Part shown: piece after piece, positions 9,094-16,963 of the stretch | How the letters are laid out: every line of letters begins with the position of its first letter | Position numbering within the stretch: position 1 is the stretch's first letter | Assembly: GCA_016192455.1 (NCBI GenBank) | Contig: JACPUC010000026.1 | Coordinates: forward strand, 58,902-78,901 | DNA length: 20,000 bases | Direction of reading: 5' to 3' | DNA from: Candidatus Tectimicrobiota bacterium | GTDB taxonomy: Bacteria > JACPUC01 | Translations under genes and position numbers: made by a program | Notes under the pieces: generated by a model | What the model was told of the DNA's origin: nothing | Databases searched by the model: none | What the model saw: the letters and a program-made list of their open reading frames with translations, nothing else

Positions 9094-9451
9094 CGCTGCT
9101 CGCGTGTCCAGACAACGAGGAGCGCAGAGCACGGCGGCAGGCCGCGCCTGCGGCGGCGCTGATCACGGCGCGACCGGCGGAGGAGAAGACCCCTTGGACC
9201 CGACGATGCGGAGCGGAAGTCCGGCGATCGGCGGGACCTGAAGCAGCGCCGGGAGATGCGCGGCTGATCCACCACGCAACGGCGGCTCCTGTCTCGTGCA
9301 GCGCTCGACCTGCAATCCAGGAGGACCCACGAGGCCGCGGCTTCGCGCGCGGGCGGGCGCTTGGCAGAGGAAAGCGGGAAGCTTCCCCGGCGAAGAGACG
9401 GGGAGAGCGCGGCAGGGGTCGGCCGATTTACCCCAGGAGGCAAGAGTCGGA

Positions 9452-10039
9452 GTGCGCATCTCTCTCCCGCGGCTCATGTCACGCCTGACCAGCCCCTACG
9501 TGGCGCCTGTTTTCGTCGGCTTCCTGGCGGCGTGGCGGTATGCGATCTCCCTCCGCTCGTTTTTCCTCTGGTTCTCGATTCAGCTCGTCTTCACAACGCT
9601 CATCCCCGGCATCATTGGGCTGGCGCTGGTGCGGCGCGGCTGGATCACCGAGCTGCACGTACCCCGCCAGGAGGACCGCACCGTCTTCTACCTGTCGGTG
9701 GCGCCCTGCCCCATCGCCGCGTTTCTGCTCCTGTATCTCCTGAACGCCCCGGTGCCTCTCCTGCTCCTCGCCATCGGCTATATGGCGACACTCCTGGCCT
9801 TCACGCTCATCAACTTGAAGACGAAGATCAGCTCGCACGCCGGAGCTGTCTCCGGCAGCGTGGCGGCATTTTTCTTCATGTTCAAGAGCGCCGCCCTGCC
9901 GACGCTCATCTTCGTTCCCCTGGTGATCTGGTCGCGCCTGGCCTTGCGCCAACACTCGCTCGGGCAGGTCCTCCTCGGCACCCTCCTGGCGGCCGCCATC
10001 ATGGTCTCCGTCTTCTCAGCCTACCACCTGAGCCGTTGA
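9452..10039 (+). CDS. PAP2-like integral membrane protein (start uncertain: GTG 9452 or ATG 9476)
   Basis: About six hydrophobic segments, plus KISSHAG and WSRLALRQHSLGQVLLG resembling the PAP2 C2 and C3 motifs. GGAGG at 9436-9440. Confidence 0.7.
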   Translation: MRISLPRLMSRLTSPYVAPVFVGFLAAWRYAISLRSFFLWFSIQLVFTTLIPGIIGLALVRRGWITELHVPRQEDRTVFYLSVAPCPIAAFLLLYLLNAPVPLLLLAIGYMATLLAFTLINLKTKISSHAGAVSGSVAAFFFMFKSAALPTLIFVPLVIWSRLALRQHSLGQVLLGTLLAAAIMVSVFSAYHLSR

Positions 10040-10083
10040 CCGCGCTCTCATTCCGCCGCCGGGTCTCCGCCGGCGAAGATTTA

Positions 10084-10112
10084 TTGACAGCCCCGCCGGC
10101 GCGACGTATACA
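10084..10112 (+). promoter_or_regulatory. Sigma-70 promoter for the DAHP synthase gene
   Basis: Perfect -35 TTGACA (10084-10089), 17 bp spacer, then TATACA (10107-10112). Confidence 0.6.
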
Positions 10113-10192
10113 TTGGCTACGCCCTGTACGCAGATGACTGCGCCCCGACCTCGACGGTGTTCCCATCCGGCCCACCTCTCCGCAGCGCCAGG

Positions 10193-10267
10193 ATGCCACA
10201 CACCTTTTGGTTTGGCCGCGGCGCCAGCACCGTCGCCTGCCGCGGCCGAGGAGCCCTGCACCCATGA
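10193..10267 (+). CDS. Putative leader peptide MPHTFWFGRGASTVACRGRGALHP with an RBS-occluding hairpin
   Basis: TTT-TGG-TTT (Phe-Trp-Phe) at 10205-10213. The stop TGA overlaps the DAHP synthase ATG. A stem pairs 10211-10222 with 10239-10250. The leader has no strong SD of its own. Confidence 0.45.
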   Translation: MPHTFWFGRGASTVACRGRGALHP

Positions 10268-11280
10268 TCATCACCATGAAGGAAGATGCCACGCGCGAGG
10301 AGATTGCGCGGGTGATCGAGAAGATCAAAGCCCTCCGTTTTGAACCGCATATCGACACCGGCAGCAAGCTTGCGGTCATCGGGGTGCGGGGCGACACGAG
10401 CAAGCTCGAGGCGGATGAGTTCTACCAGTTGCCCGGAGTCGCTTCCGTGGCTCGCGTCTCGAAACAGTACAAGGAGGTCAGCCGCGAGTTCCGCTCGCGC
10501 GATACGGTGCTCAACATCGGGGGGCACAAGGTGGGTGGCGAGCATCCCCCCTTCATCATCGCCGGCCCCTGCACGGTGGAGACGCGCGAGCAGGTCATGC
10601 TGACCGCCGCCGAGGTGAAGAGCGCGGGAGCCGTGGCCTTGCGCGGCGGCGCCTACAAGCCGCGCAGCTCGCCGTACTCGTTTCAGGGGCTGGGCGAAGA
10701 GGGGTTGAAGATTCTCGCCGAGGCGCGCGAAACCTTCGGCATGCCGATCGTGACGGAGATCAAGGAGATCGGCACCCTCGATCTGTTCGCGAAGTACGAC
10801 ATCGACGTCTACCAGGTCGGGGCGCGCAACATGCAGAATTACGACCTGCTGCAGAAGCTCGGCCAGGTCGGCAAGCCGGTGCTCCTGAAGCGCGGCCCAG
10901 CCAACAGCATTGATGAGTGGCTGCTGTCGGCGGAGTACATCATGGCGAACGGCAACCCGCAGGTCATCCTGTGCGAGCGCGGCATCCTGCCGCCGATCGG
11001 CTCGAAGCTGCGCTACACCTTTGATGTCGGCGCCATCCCCGTGGCCCGGGAGCTGTCGCACCTGCCGGTCATCGCCGACCCGAGCCATGCCGCCGGGCGC
11101 TGGAACTACGTGCTGCCCTTGGCTCGCGCCGCTCTGGCCGCCGGCGCCCATGGCATCATCGTGGAGGTGCACCCGAACCCCACCGAAGCCCTCTGCGACG
11201 GACCACAAGCGTTGAAACCGGCACGCTTTCGGGGCTTCATGGAGGAGGTGCGGGCGCTCTACGCAAGCAGCCAGGCGTAG
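10264..11280 (+). CDS. aroF: 3-deoxy-7-phosphoheptulonate (DAHP) synthase, type I-beta, with N-terminal ferredoxin-like regulatory domain
   Basis: N-terminus MIITMKEDAT..., then IAGPCTVE, LRGGAYKPRSSPYSFQGLG, QVGARNMQN, PVLLKRG, LCERGI, ADPSHAAG, EVHPNP..ALCDG.Q. GAGGAG RBS at 10248-10253. Confidence 0.95.
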   Translation: MIITMKEDATREEIARVIEKIKALRFEPHIDTGSKLAVIGVRGDTSKLEADEFYQLPGVASVARVSKQYKEVSREFRSRDTVLNIGGHKVGGEHPPFIIAGPCTVETREQVMLTAAEVKSAGAVALRGGAYKPRSSPYSFQGLGEEGLKILAEARETFGMPIVTEIKEIGTLDLFAKYDIDVYQVGARNMQNYDLLQKLGQVGKPVLLKRGPANSIDEWLLSAEYIMANGNPQVILCERGILPPIGSKLRYTFDVGAIPVARELSHLPVIADPSHAAGRWNYVLPLARAALAAGAHGIIVEVHPNPTEALCDGPQALKPARFRGFMEEVRALYASSQA

Positions 11281-11393
11281 CCGAGAGAGAGGAAGGCAAG
11301 GAAGCCGCGGCGGCGTGCCGGTGTCCACCAGTCCTCCGCTCCACCTAGGTGCTGATGGAGAAGAGGGTCGGCCGGAGAAGGGCGCACCAAAGG

Positions 11394-11419
11394 AAAACCC
11401 CGCTCGAAAGCGGGGTTTT
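11394..11419. terminator. Bidirectional rho-independent terminator
   Basis: AAAACCCCGCT-CGAA-AGCGGGGTTTT, a perfect inverted repeat with A/T tails, between the convergent aroF and sigma genes. Confidence 0.85.
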
Positions 11420-11470
11420 GTGTATCGGGGCGCGCCCCAAGCGGGTGGTTGGCCCGCGGTTGATTGCGCC

Positions 11471-12331
11471 TTAGTTGAGGTAGCTGTTCAGGCGCCGCGC
11501 CGAGGCCCAGCGCAACAGGCGCGCCTTGGCACGGCTTTCGATCTGGCGGATGCGCTCTCGGCTCAAGCGCAGCTTCTTCCCCACCTCCTCGAGGGTGAGC
11601 GGCTCGGCGCCGTCCAGACCAAAGCGCAGCGAAATGATGGTGCGCTCCTTCTCACCAAGCTTCTCGAGCAGATCGGTGATTTCCTGACGGAGCGAGTCGC
11701 GCATCAGGTTCTGATCGTGGGAGGGGAGGTTCGCCGCTTCGATCATATCGAGGTAGCGCGTCGAAGTCCCTTCCGCCAGGGGGCTTTCGAGCGAGAAGCG
11801 CTGCCGCGAAACCCGCAAGATGTCCTCGATCTCGTCCAGCGGCATCTCCAGGTGTTTGGCGAGATCATCAGGCGTGGGCTCCGCACCCATCCGCTGGGTC
11901 AGCTCATTCCCCTTCTTGGTGATTTGGTAGAGGATGCGGGCCCGATTCAACGGCAGGCGAACGATGCCGCACTGCCCCGCCATCGCCTGCCGGATGGCCT
12001 GCTCGATCCACCACACCGCGTAGGTGATGAAGCGCACGCCGCGATCGGGATCGAACTTCTCCGCCGCCTGCATGAGGCCGATGTTCCCCTCGTTGATGAG
12101 GTCAAGCAGGAAGATGCCGCAACCCTTGTACTTGTTGGCCACCTTCACGACGAAGCGCAGGTTCGCCTCCACGAGGTGTTGCAGGGCCTGATGGTCGCCT
12201 CGCTGGATGTGCCGCGCCAGCTCCACCTCCCCTTCTCTGGTCAAGCGCTCGGTGCGCGAAATCTGCCGCAGATAGCTGGCCAACGCATCTTCGTGCTCGC
12301 TCTGCACCTTCTTCGAAGCCAGGGTAGCCAT
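11471..12331 (-). CDS. Sigma-70 family RNA polymerase sigma factor, RpoD/RpoS-like, lacking region 1.1 (286 aa)
   Basis: Region 1.2 YLRQI...LTREGEVELA; region 2 ANLRFVV, DLINEGNIGL, FDPDRGVRFITYAVWWI; region 4 TLEEVGKKLRLSRERIRQIE. The ATG at 12331 has GGAGAG upstream. Confidence 0.93.
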   Translation of the reverse strand: MATLASKKVQSEHEDALASYLRQISRTERLTREGEVELARHIQRGDHQALQHLVEANLRFVVKVANKYKGCGIFLLDLINEGNIGLMQAAEKFDPDRGVRFITYAVWWIEQAIRQAMAGQCGIVRLPLNRARILYQITKKGNELTQRMGAEPTPDDLAKHLEMPLDEIEDILRVSRQRFSLESPLAEGTSTRYLDMIEAANLPSHDQNLMRDSLRQEITDLLEKLGEKERTIISLRFGLDGAEPLTLEEVGKKLRLSRERIRQIESRAKARLLRWASARRLNSYLN

Positions 12332-12392
12332 GCCGCTCTCCAATAACCAAGGTAGCAACTATCAGAACTGTCAGCGCACGCTCCTTCATTCC

Positions 12393-12408
12393 AGCAATGG
12401 CCATGCCA
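12393..12408 (-). promoter_or_regulatory. Sigma-54 (-24/-12) promoter upstream of the sigma-70 gene
   Basis: The minus strand reads TGGCATG-GCCA-TTGCT against the consensus TGGCACG-N4-TTGCW. GG/GC spacing is exact, and the site is ~60 bp upstream of the start codon. Confidence 0.8.
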
Positions 12409-12586
12409 TCTCCACCTTCCCCCAACTGAATCGACGAAATTTCTGTAACCTACTGAAGAAATTGATGAATTAATCTTCGACCGTGGCGCCGAAAGGATGG
12501 TTCAGGGGAGGAGTCTTTTGCAAATTTCCAACATTACCCAACTAATTTACTCAACATATAGAGAAAAGTCAAGCGATCTCAAGTAA

Positions 12587-12631
12587 TTTCTCATAATGCC
12601 AAATGAAGCTGGCTGTTTCGCACAATGCAAG
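12587..12631. promoter_or_regulatory. Candidate tandem enhancer (UAS) sites for the sigma-54 activator
   Basis: TTTCTCATAATGCCAA (12587-12602) and TTTCGCACAATGCAAG (12616-12631) are 12/16 identical, imperfectly palindromic and 29 bp apart. An IHF-like CATCAAtttcTTC lies on the minus strand at 12455-12467. Confidence 0.45.
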
Positions 12632-12670
12632 AGGAGGGGGAACCTTGCCAGCCGAGCCGGGAGAAGCTTG

Positions 12671-14032
12671 CTAATGGGTCAGTCTGAGCTGATAGCGGCC
12701 AATTTTTCGGTACAGGGTTGAGAGGTTGATGCCCAGCACCTTCGCCGCCTGATTCTTGTTCCAGTGCACCTGCTCCAAGACGTGCGCGATATGGGCGCGC
12801 TCCACCTCCTCGAGCGACGGCGTCGGCTGCGGGCCCTCCTCCCACACCTGCTCCACCTGCCGCAGTTTTTCGGGAAGATGCCAGGGCTCGATGCTGCTTC
12901 CCTCGGCCAGGGTCATGCCGCGTTCGACGACGTTCTCCAGTTCGCGCACGTTGCCGGGCCAATCATAGTTGACGAGACAGCGCATGGCCTCCTGGGAGAG
13001 AGAGGCGCCGGGGCGATGGAAGGCTTCGCCGCAACGTTTCAGGAAGTAGCGCGCCAGGAGGGGGATGTCGTCCCGCCGCGCGCGCAGCGGCGGCAGGCTC
13101 ACCTGCACGACATTGATGCGGTAGTAGAGGTCCTCGCGGAACCTGCCGGCCTGCACTTCCTGTTCGAGGTTGCGGTTCGTGGCGGCGATGAGGCGGATAT
13201 CGAAGCGGATGCGCTGGCTCCCCCCCACCGGCACCACCTCGCGCTCCTGCACGGCGCGCAGCAGCTTCACCTGCATCGCCAGGGGGATGTCGCTGATCTC
13301 GTCGAGGAAGAGGGTGCCGCCGTCGGCCTGCTCGAAGACCCCCCGCTTGTTGGCAACCGCCCCGGTGAAGGCGCCGCGTACATGCCCGAAGAGCTCGCTC
13401 TCCAAAAGGGTCTCGACGAAGGCGCCGCAGTTCACCGCCACGAAGGGATGCGCCTCGCGCTCGGAATGGTAGTGGATCGCCCGCGCCACGAGCTCCTTGC
13501 CCGTGCCGCTCTCGCCGGTAAGGAGGACGTTGCTGGGGGTCTCCGCCACCTTCTCGATGAGCTGGAAGACCGCCGCCATGGCGTCGCTCTTGCCAATGAT
13601 ATTCTCGAAACTGTAGCGGTCGCGCAGCTCGCGCTTCAGCGTCCGGTTCTCCTGGAACAACTCCTTGTTGGCCAGCCCGTTGCGCACGCGGATGAGGAGC
13701 TCATCATTCATGAAGGGCTTCTTGAGGAAGTCGTAGGCGCCTTTGCGCAGGGCGTCGATAGCCTTGTCCTCGGAGGAGTACGCGGTGATGAGGATAAACG
13801 GGACGTCGAGGCCGCGGTCGCGTACCCGCCCCAACAGCTCTAGACCGTCCACGGGCTCCATGCGCACATCCGAGAGGATGAGGTCGACATCCGTCCCTTC
13901 AAGGAGCCGCAGGGCCTCCGCGCCGTTGCTCGCCTCGAGAACGTTGTAGCCCTCCCGGCGCAGCAGGCGGCACAAGACCTCCTGGCGCAACGTCTCTTCA
14001 TCTTCAACGACGAGGATGGTTTCCGGCTTCAC
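12671..14032 (-). CDS. Sigma-54-dependent response regulator (NtrC/AtoC family: REC, AAA+, Fis-type HTH)
   Basis: REC ILVVEDE...ILSDVRM; Walker A GESGTGKE; ESELFGH..GAFTGA; LFLDEI; FREDLYYR; WPGNVRELEN; HTH AAKVLGINLSTLYRK. The GTG start overlaps the kinase stop. Confidence 0.96.
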   Translation of the reverse strand: MKPETILVVEDEETLRQEVLCRLLRREGYNVLEASNGAEALRLLEGTDVDLILSDVRMEPVDGLELLGRVRDRGLDVPFILITAYSSEDKAIDALRKGAYDFLKKPFMNDELLIRVRNGLANKELFQENRTLKRELRDRYSFENIIGKSDAMAAVFQLIEKVAETPSNVLLTGESGTGKELVARAIHYHSEREAHPFVAVNCGAFVETLLESELFGHVRGAFTGAVANKRGVFEQADGGTLFLDEISDIPLAMQVKLLRAVQEREVVPVGGSQRIRFDIRLIAATNRNLEQEVQAGRFREDLYYRINVVQVSLPPLRARRDDIPLLARYFLKRCGEAFHRPGASLSQEAMRCLVNYDWPGNVRELENVVERGMTLAEGSSIEPWHLPEKLRQVEQVWEEGPQPTPSLEEVERAHIAHVLEQVHWNKNQAAKVLGINLSTLYRKIGRYQLRLTH

Positions 14033-16047
14033 GTGCTGGCCTGTTGCTCGGCGTGCGCGTGGCGCGCGCCCGGCGCGGGCCTCGGGGTGCGCGGCAAGAT
14101 GATGGTGAACTTGGTCCCCCGGGCGGGTTGGCTCTGCACCTCGATGCGTCCGGCATGCGCCGCGATGATGCCATGGCAGACCGAGAGCCCCAGCCCCGTC
14201 CCCTTGCCGCTCGGTTTGGTCGAGAAGAAGGGATCGAAGATGCGCCGCAGGTTCTCCTCGCTGATCCCCACCCCATTATCCTCGATCTCGATGCAGACCT
14301 CCTCGGCGGTCTGCGCTGAACCGCGCAAGCGCGTCCGCAAGGTCACCGCGCCGCCGCCGGAGACCGCGTCGGCCGCGTTCAGCAGCATGTCGATGAGCAC
14401 CTGTTGAATCTGGTCGGGGTTCACCATGACGAGGGGGAGCTGCTCGTCCAGGTGGCAGGTGATGGCCACCTGGCGGAAATCCCGGTTGAACGAGATGAGG
14501 CGCAAGGTTTGTTGCAGGAGCTGGTTGAGGTTGGTCAACTCCTGGCCTTCGCTGCGCGGCCGGGCAAAGTTCATCAGCTCCTGGAGGATGCCCGAGATGC
14601 GGGTCACCTGCGTGAAGATGGTCTCCAGGAGCTCCCGCTGCTCCGGCGTCACATCGTCCTGCTTCAGGAACTGCACCAGGGAGGAGATCGAGGCGAGCGG
14701 GTTGTTCACCTCGTGCGCCACGCCCGCGGCCAGCGTCCCGGCGACCGCCAGCTTCTCGTTCTTGATGAGCTGCTGCTCCATGGCGCGCCGCTTGGTGATG
14801 TCGCGCACGTACTCGATGACGTACTCCACCTCGCCCGCGTCGTTCTTCACCGGGAAGGTGTAGAGCTCCACGAAGTACTCGCTGCCGTCGTCCCTCCAGG
14901 CGTTGTGTCGGGAGTAGCCGGGCTCCCCCGTGGCAAAGGTCTTGCGGCCTGGACAGAGGTCGCAGGGCGCGGTCTGCTTACGGAACTCCTGGTGGCAGGT
15001 CTGCCCAAGCATGGCCTGGATCGGTTTCTTCAGGGCGTACTGCGGCGACTTGTTCATGAACGTCATCGTGTAGTTTCGGTCAACGATGATGATGGCGTCG
15101 CGAATGCTGTCGAGGACCGTCCGGAAGAAGCGCTCCGAGGCTTCCAGGCGGGCCGTCCGGTCGGCCACCTTCTGCTCCAGCTTCTCCGCCAGGCCGCGGT
15201 AGCGCGTGCTGATCGCCTGGTAGCGCTGGCTCGCCGCTTCCAGCTCCTCGTTGCGCTGCCGCACCTCCTCCTCGATGCGGCGGCGCTCGCTGATGTCGTG
15301 GACGATCCCCTTGATCTCCTCGACCGGCCCCCGCCCCTGCGGACCGAAGGCGACGGTGATGATGACGCTCAGCGGCTCGCCGCCGCGACGCCGCCAGGCC
15401 ACCTCGCGGGAGAAGGGACGCTGCTTCGCCAACTGGCGCTCGAACTCCTCGCGCTCCTGTGGCACCTCCCAAAACTCAGCGGGGAGGAAGGGGTGCCCAA
15501 CAAGGGCGTCGCGGGAGGAAAGGTTGAGCAGGGTGCAGAGCGCCGGGTTCATGTAGGTGATGACGCCGGCCGAGTTCGTCGTGAACATGCCCCAAGCTGA
15601 TTCATCCAGAAGCTGCTGAAAGCTCTTCTCGGTGTTGCGGATTTTCTGCTGCGCCAGCTTGCCGCAAGCGCTGCTGACGGCCTGGACGAGGCGATCGGCG
15701 CGCGCTTCAAGCTCGGCCTCCGGCACCTGCGGCAACGCCTCCGCTCCCCGCGCGAGGGTTTTCAGCTCCACCACCCCCATGATGATCTCGCCGATCGTGA
15801 ATCCGGCATGCAAGAGGTCGTGCACGATTTCGCGCGTCGGCTGCTCGCCCAGGTGCTCCCCAGCCTGGGCCGCCCCATCGCCGAGGGCTGCGCAGAGTGC
15901 CTCGAAGTAGGCCCGCAGCGGCGCAAGGTAGGAAACCCGCAGCTCACCCTGCACGGCCTGCAAGCGGGCCACCCGCCGGGCAACCCGGTCGTGCCAGGGC
16001 TGGAAGAGCTGTCTGGCGGTCTCGCGTGCTGCGGTACCGTGCTGCAT
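14029..16047 (-). CDS. Cytoplasmic PAS-PAS sensor histidine kinase (start uncertain: 16047 or 16068)
   Basis: H-box LAAGVAHEVNNPL, N-box QVLIDMLLNAADA, G1 IEDNGVGI, F/G2 FDPFFSTK..GKGTGLGL. Two PAS-PAC domains and no transmembrane segment. GGAAGG precedes ATG 16047. The ORF-track extension to 16482 overlaps the next gene and is low complexity. Confidence 0.92.
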   Translation of the reverse strand: MQHGTAARETARQLFQPWHDRVARRVARLQAVQGELRVSYLAPLRAYFEALCAALGDGAAQAGEHLGEQPTREIVHDLLHAGFTIGEIIMGVVELKTLARGAEALPQVPEAELEARADRLVQAVSSACGKLAQQKIRNTEKSFQQLLDESAWGMFTTNSAGVITYMNPALCTLLNLSSRDALVGHPFLPAEFWEVPQEREEFERQLAKQRPFSREVAWRRRGGEPLSVIITVAFGPQGRGPVEEIKGIVHDISERRRIEEEVRQRNEELEAASQRYQAISTRYRGLAEKLEQKVADRTARLEASERFFRTVLDSIRDAIIIVDRNYTMTFMNKSPQYALKKPIQAMLGQTCHQEFRKQTAPCDLCPGRKTFATGEPGYSRHNAWRDDGSEYFVELYTFPVKNDAGEVEYVIEYVRDITKRRAMEQQLIKNEKLAVAGTLAAGVAHEVNNPLASISSLVQFLKQDDVTPEQRELLETIFTQVTRISGILQELMNFARPRSEGQELTNLNQLLQQTLRLISFNRDFRQVAITCHLDEQLPLVMVNPDQIQQVLIDMLLNAADAVSGGGAVTLRTRLRGSAQTAEEVCIEIEDNGVGISEENLRRIFDPFFSTKPSGKGTGLGLSVCHGIIAAHAGRIEVQSQPARGTKFTIILPRTPRPAPGARHAHAEQQAST

Positions 16048-16282
16048 GGACGCCAACCTTCCGGTCATCGCTTCAAAGCGGTGCCTTGCGCAACCCGCCT
16101 GCGCCACCCCGTCCCTTGCCGACAGCCGCGCATCTGACCTCCGGGCGCCACCGCGGTGGCGTTCTTGCCCGTCTCGCCTCGCCGCGTCGGCAGCCGGGGC
16201 GCCGAGCGCCGGGCGCAGCGTCGCGCTGCCTTGCCGCCTTCCTGCCCGCCGACGGGCGGCAAGGCGAAACCCTGCCCGGCCG

Positions 16283-16759
16283 CTACTCCAGCGGGACGAT
16301 CTCAGCGCGCACCGTCGCCCCCTCGAGGTGCAGGAGCCCGGCGGTGCGCGGTAGGTGGAAGCGCTTGCGGCCCGCGCTGCCGGGGTTGAAGAAGAGCACG
16401 CCCCCGTGCTCCCCCACGAGCGGCCGGTGGCTGTGCCCAAAGGCGAAGACGCGCACCCCCGCTTTGCGGAGCTGCTGCTCAAACTCCGAGGTCAGCTCCT
16501 GCGGCGCCATGCCTTGATGGCGCACGAAGCAGCGCACGCCGCCGAGTTCGAGCTGGAGCTCCTCGGGAAATGCCCCGCGCAGGTGCGGCAGATCGACGTT
16601 CCCCAGCACCGCGCTCACCGGCGCGAGGCTGCGCAGCCGCTCAATGACGTCGGCATGCCCAATATCCCCACAGTGCACAATATGCGCCACGCCGGCGAAG
16701 CGCGTGCAAAGCTGGGGATCGAAGAAGCCGTGCGTGTCGGAAAGGACCCCGATGCGCAT
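16283..16759 (-). CDS. Metallophosphoesterase, YfcE/MJ0936 family
   Basis: Motifs IGVLSDTHG, HCGDIG, VLGNVD, FGHSHRP, FNPGSAG. Confidence 0.92.
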   Translation of the reverse strand: MRIGVLSDTHGFFDPQLCTRFAGVAHIVHCGDIGHADVIERLRSLAPVSAVLGNVDLPHLRGAFPEELQLELGGVRCFVRHQGMAPQELTSEFEQQLRKAGVRVFAFGHSHRPLVGEHGGVLFFNPGSAGRKRFHLPRTAGLLHLEGATVRAEIVPLE

Positions 16760-16848
16760 CCGCCCGTCGCGCCCTCCGCGCTGCCCACCGTTGCCGCCGC
16801 TGCGCCTCCCAGGCCGCGACGCGACGGCGCCCGGCAGCCGAGACCGCC

Positions 16849-16877
16849 TTGACCTGCACCCTCCCAGCTTCTATAAC
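16849..16877 (+). promoter_or_regulatory. Sigma-70 promoter for the redoxin (selenoprotein) gene
   Basis: TTGACC (16849-16854), 17 bp spacer, TATAAC (16872-16877). A downstream palindrome ATACT-C-AGTAT (16896-16906) may be an operator. Confidence 0.6.
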
Positions 16878-16963
16878 CCATAGGCAGGGAGAAGCATACT
16901 CAGTATAAGCTGGGCGCGCCAATCTCTCACATCTCTTTCACCATGCTCTGACAGGGTTCTCCG

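Noticed and set aside
6531-9488. 985-aa plus-strand ORF
   Set aside because: It is the codon-aligned antisense shadow of the amidohydrolase, extended through GC-rich DNA. It is R/P/A/G-rich with no motifs.
11281-11393. Possible tRNA or ncRNA between aroF and the terminator
   Set aside because: No cloverleaf, T-loop or other recognisable RNA family motif.
10117-12346. Long ORFs 10117-11328 (minus) and 11315-12346 (plus)
   Set aside because: Antisense shadows of aroF and the sigma factor gene.
16088-16106. TGGC...TTGC upstream of the kinase as a sigma-54 promoter
   Set aside because: The spacing is 2 nt too long, and sigma-54 requires exact -24/-12 spacing.
16069-16482. N-terminal extension of the histidine kinase in the ORF track (817 aa)
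   Set aside because: It overlaps the metallophosphoesterase gene in another frame and is low-complexity R/A/S sequence. A start near 16047-16068 is more plausible.
16943-16951. ATG-CTC-TGA mini-ORF in frame with the redoxin (possible second Sec codon)
   Set aside because: No SD before it and no evident SECIS-like stem after this TGA. ATG 16964 has its own AGGG.
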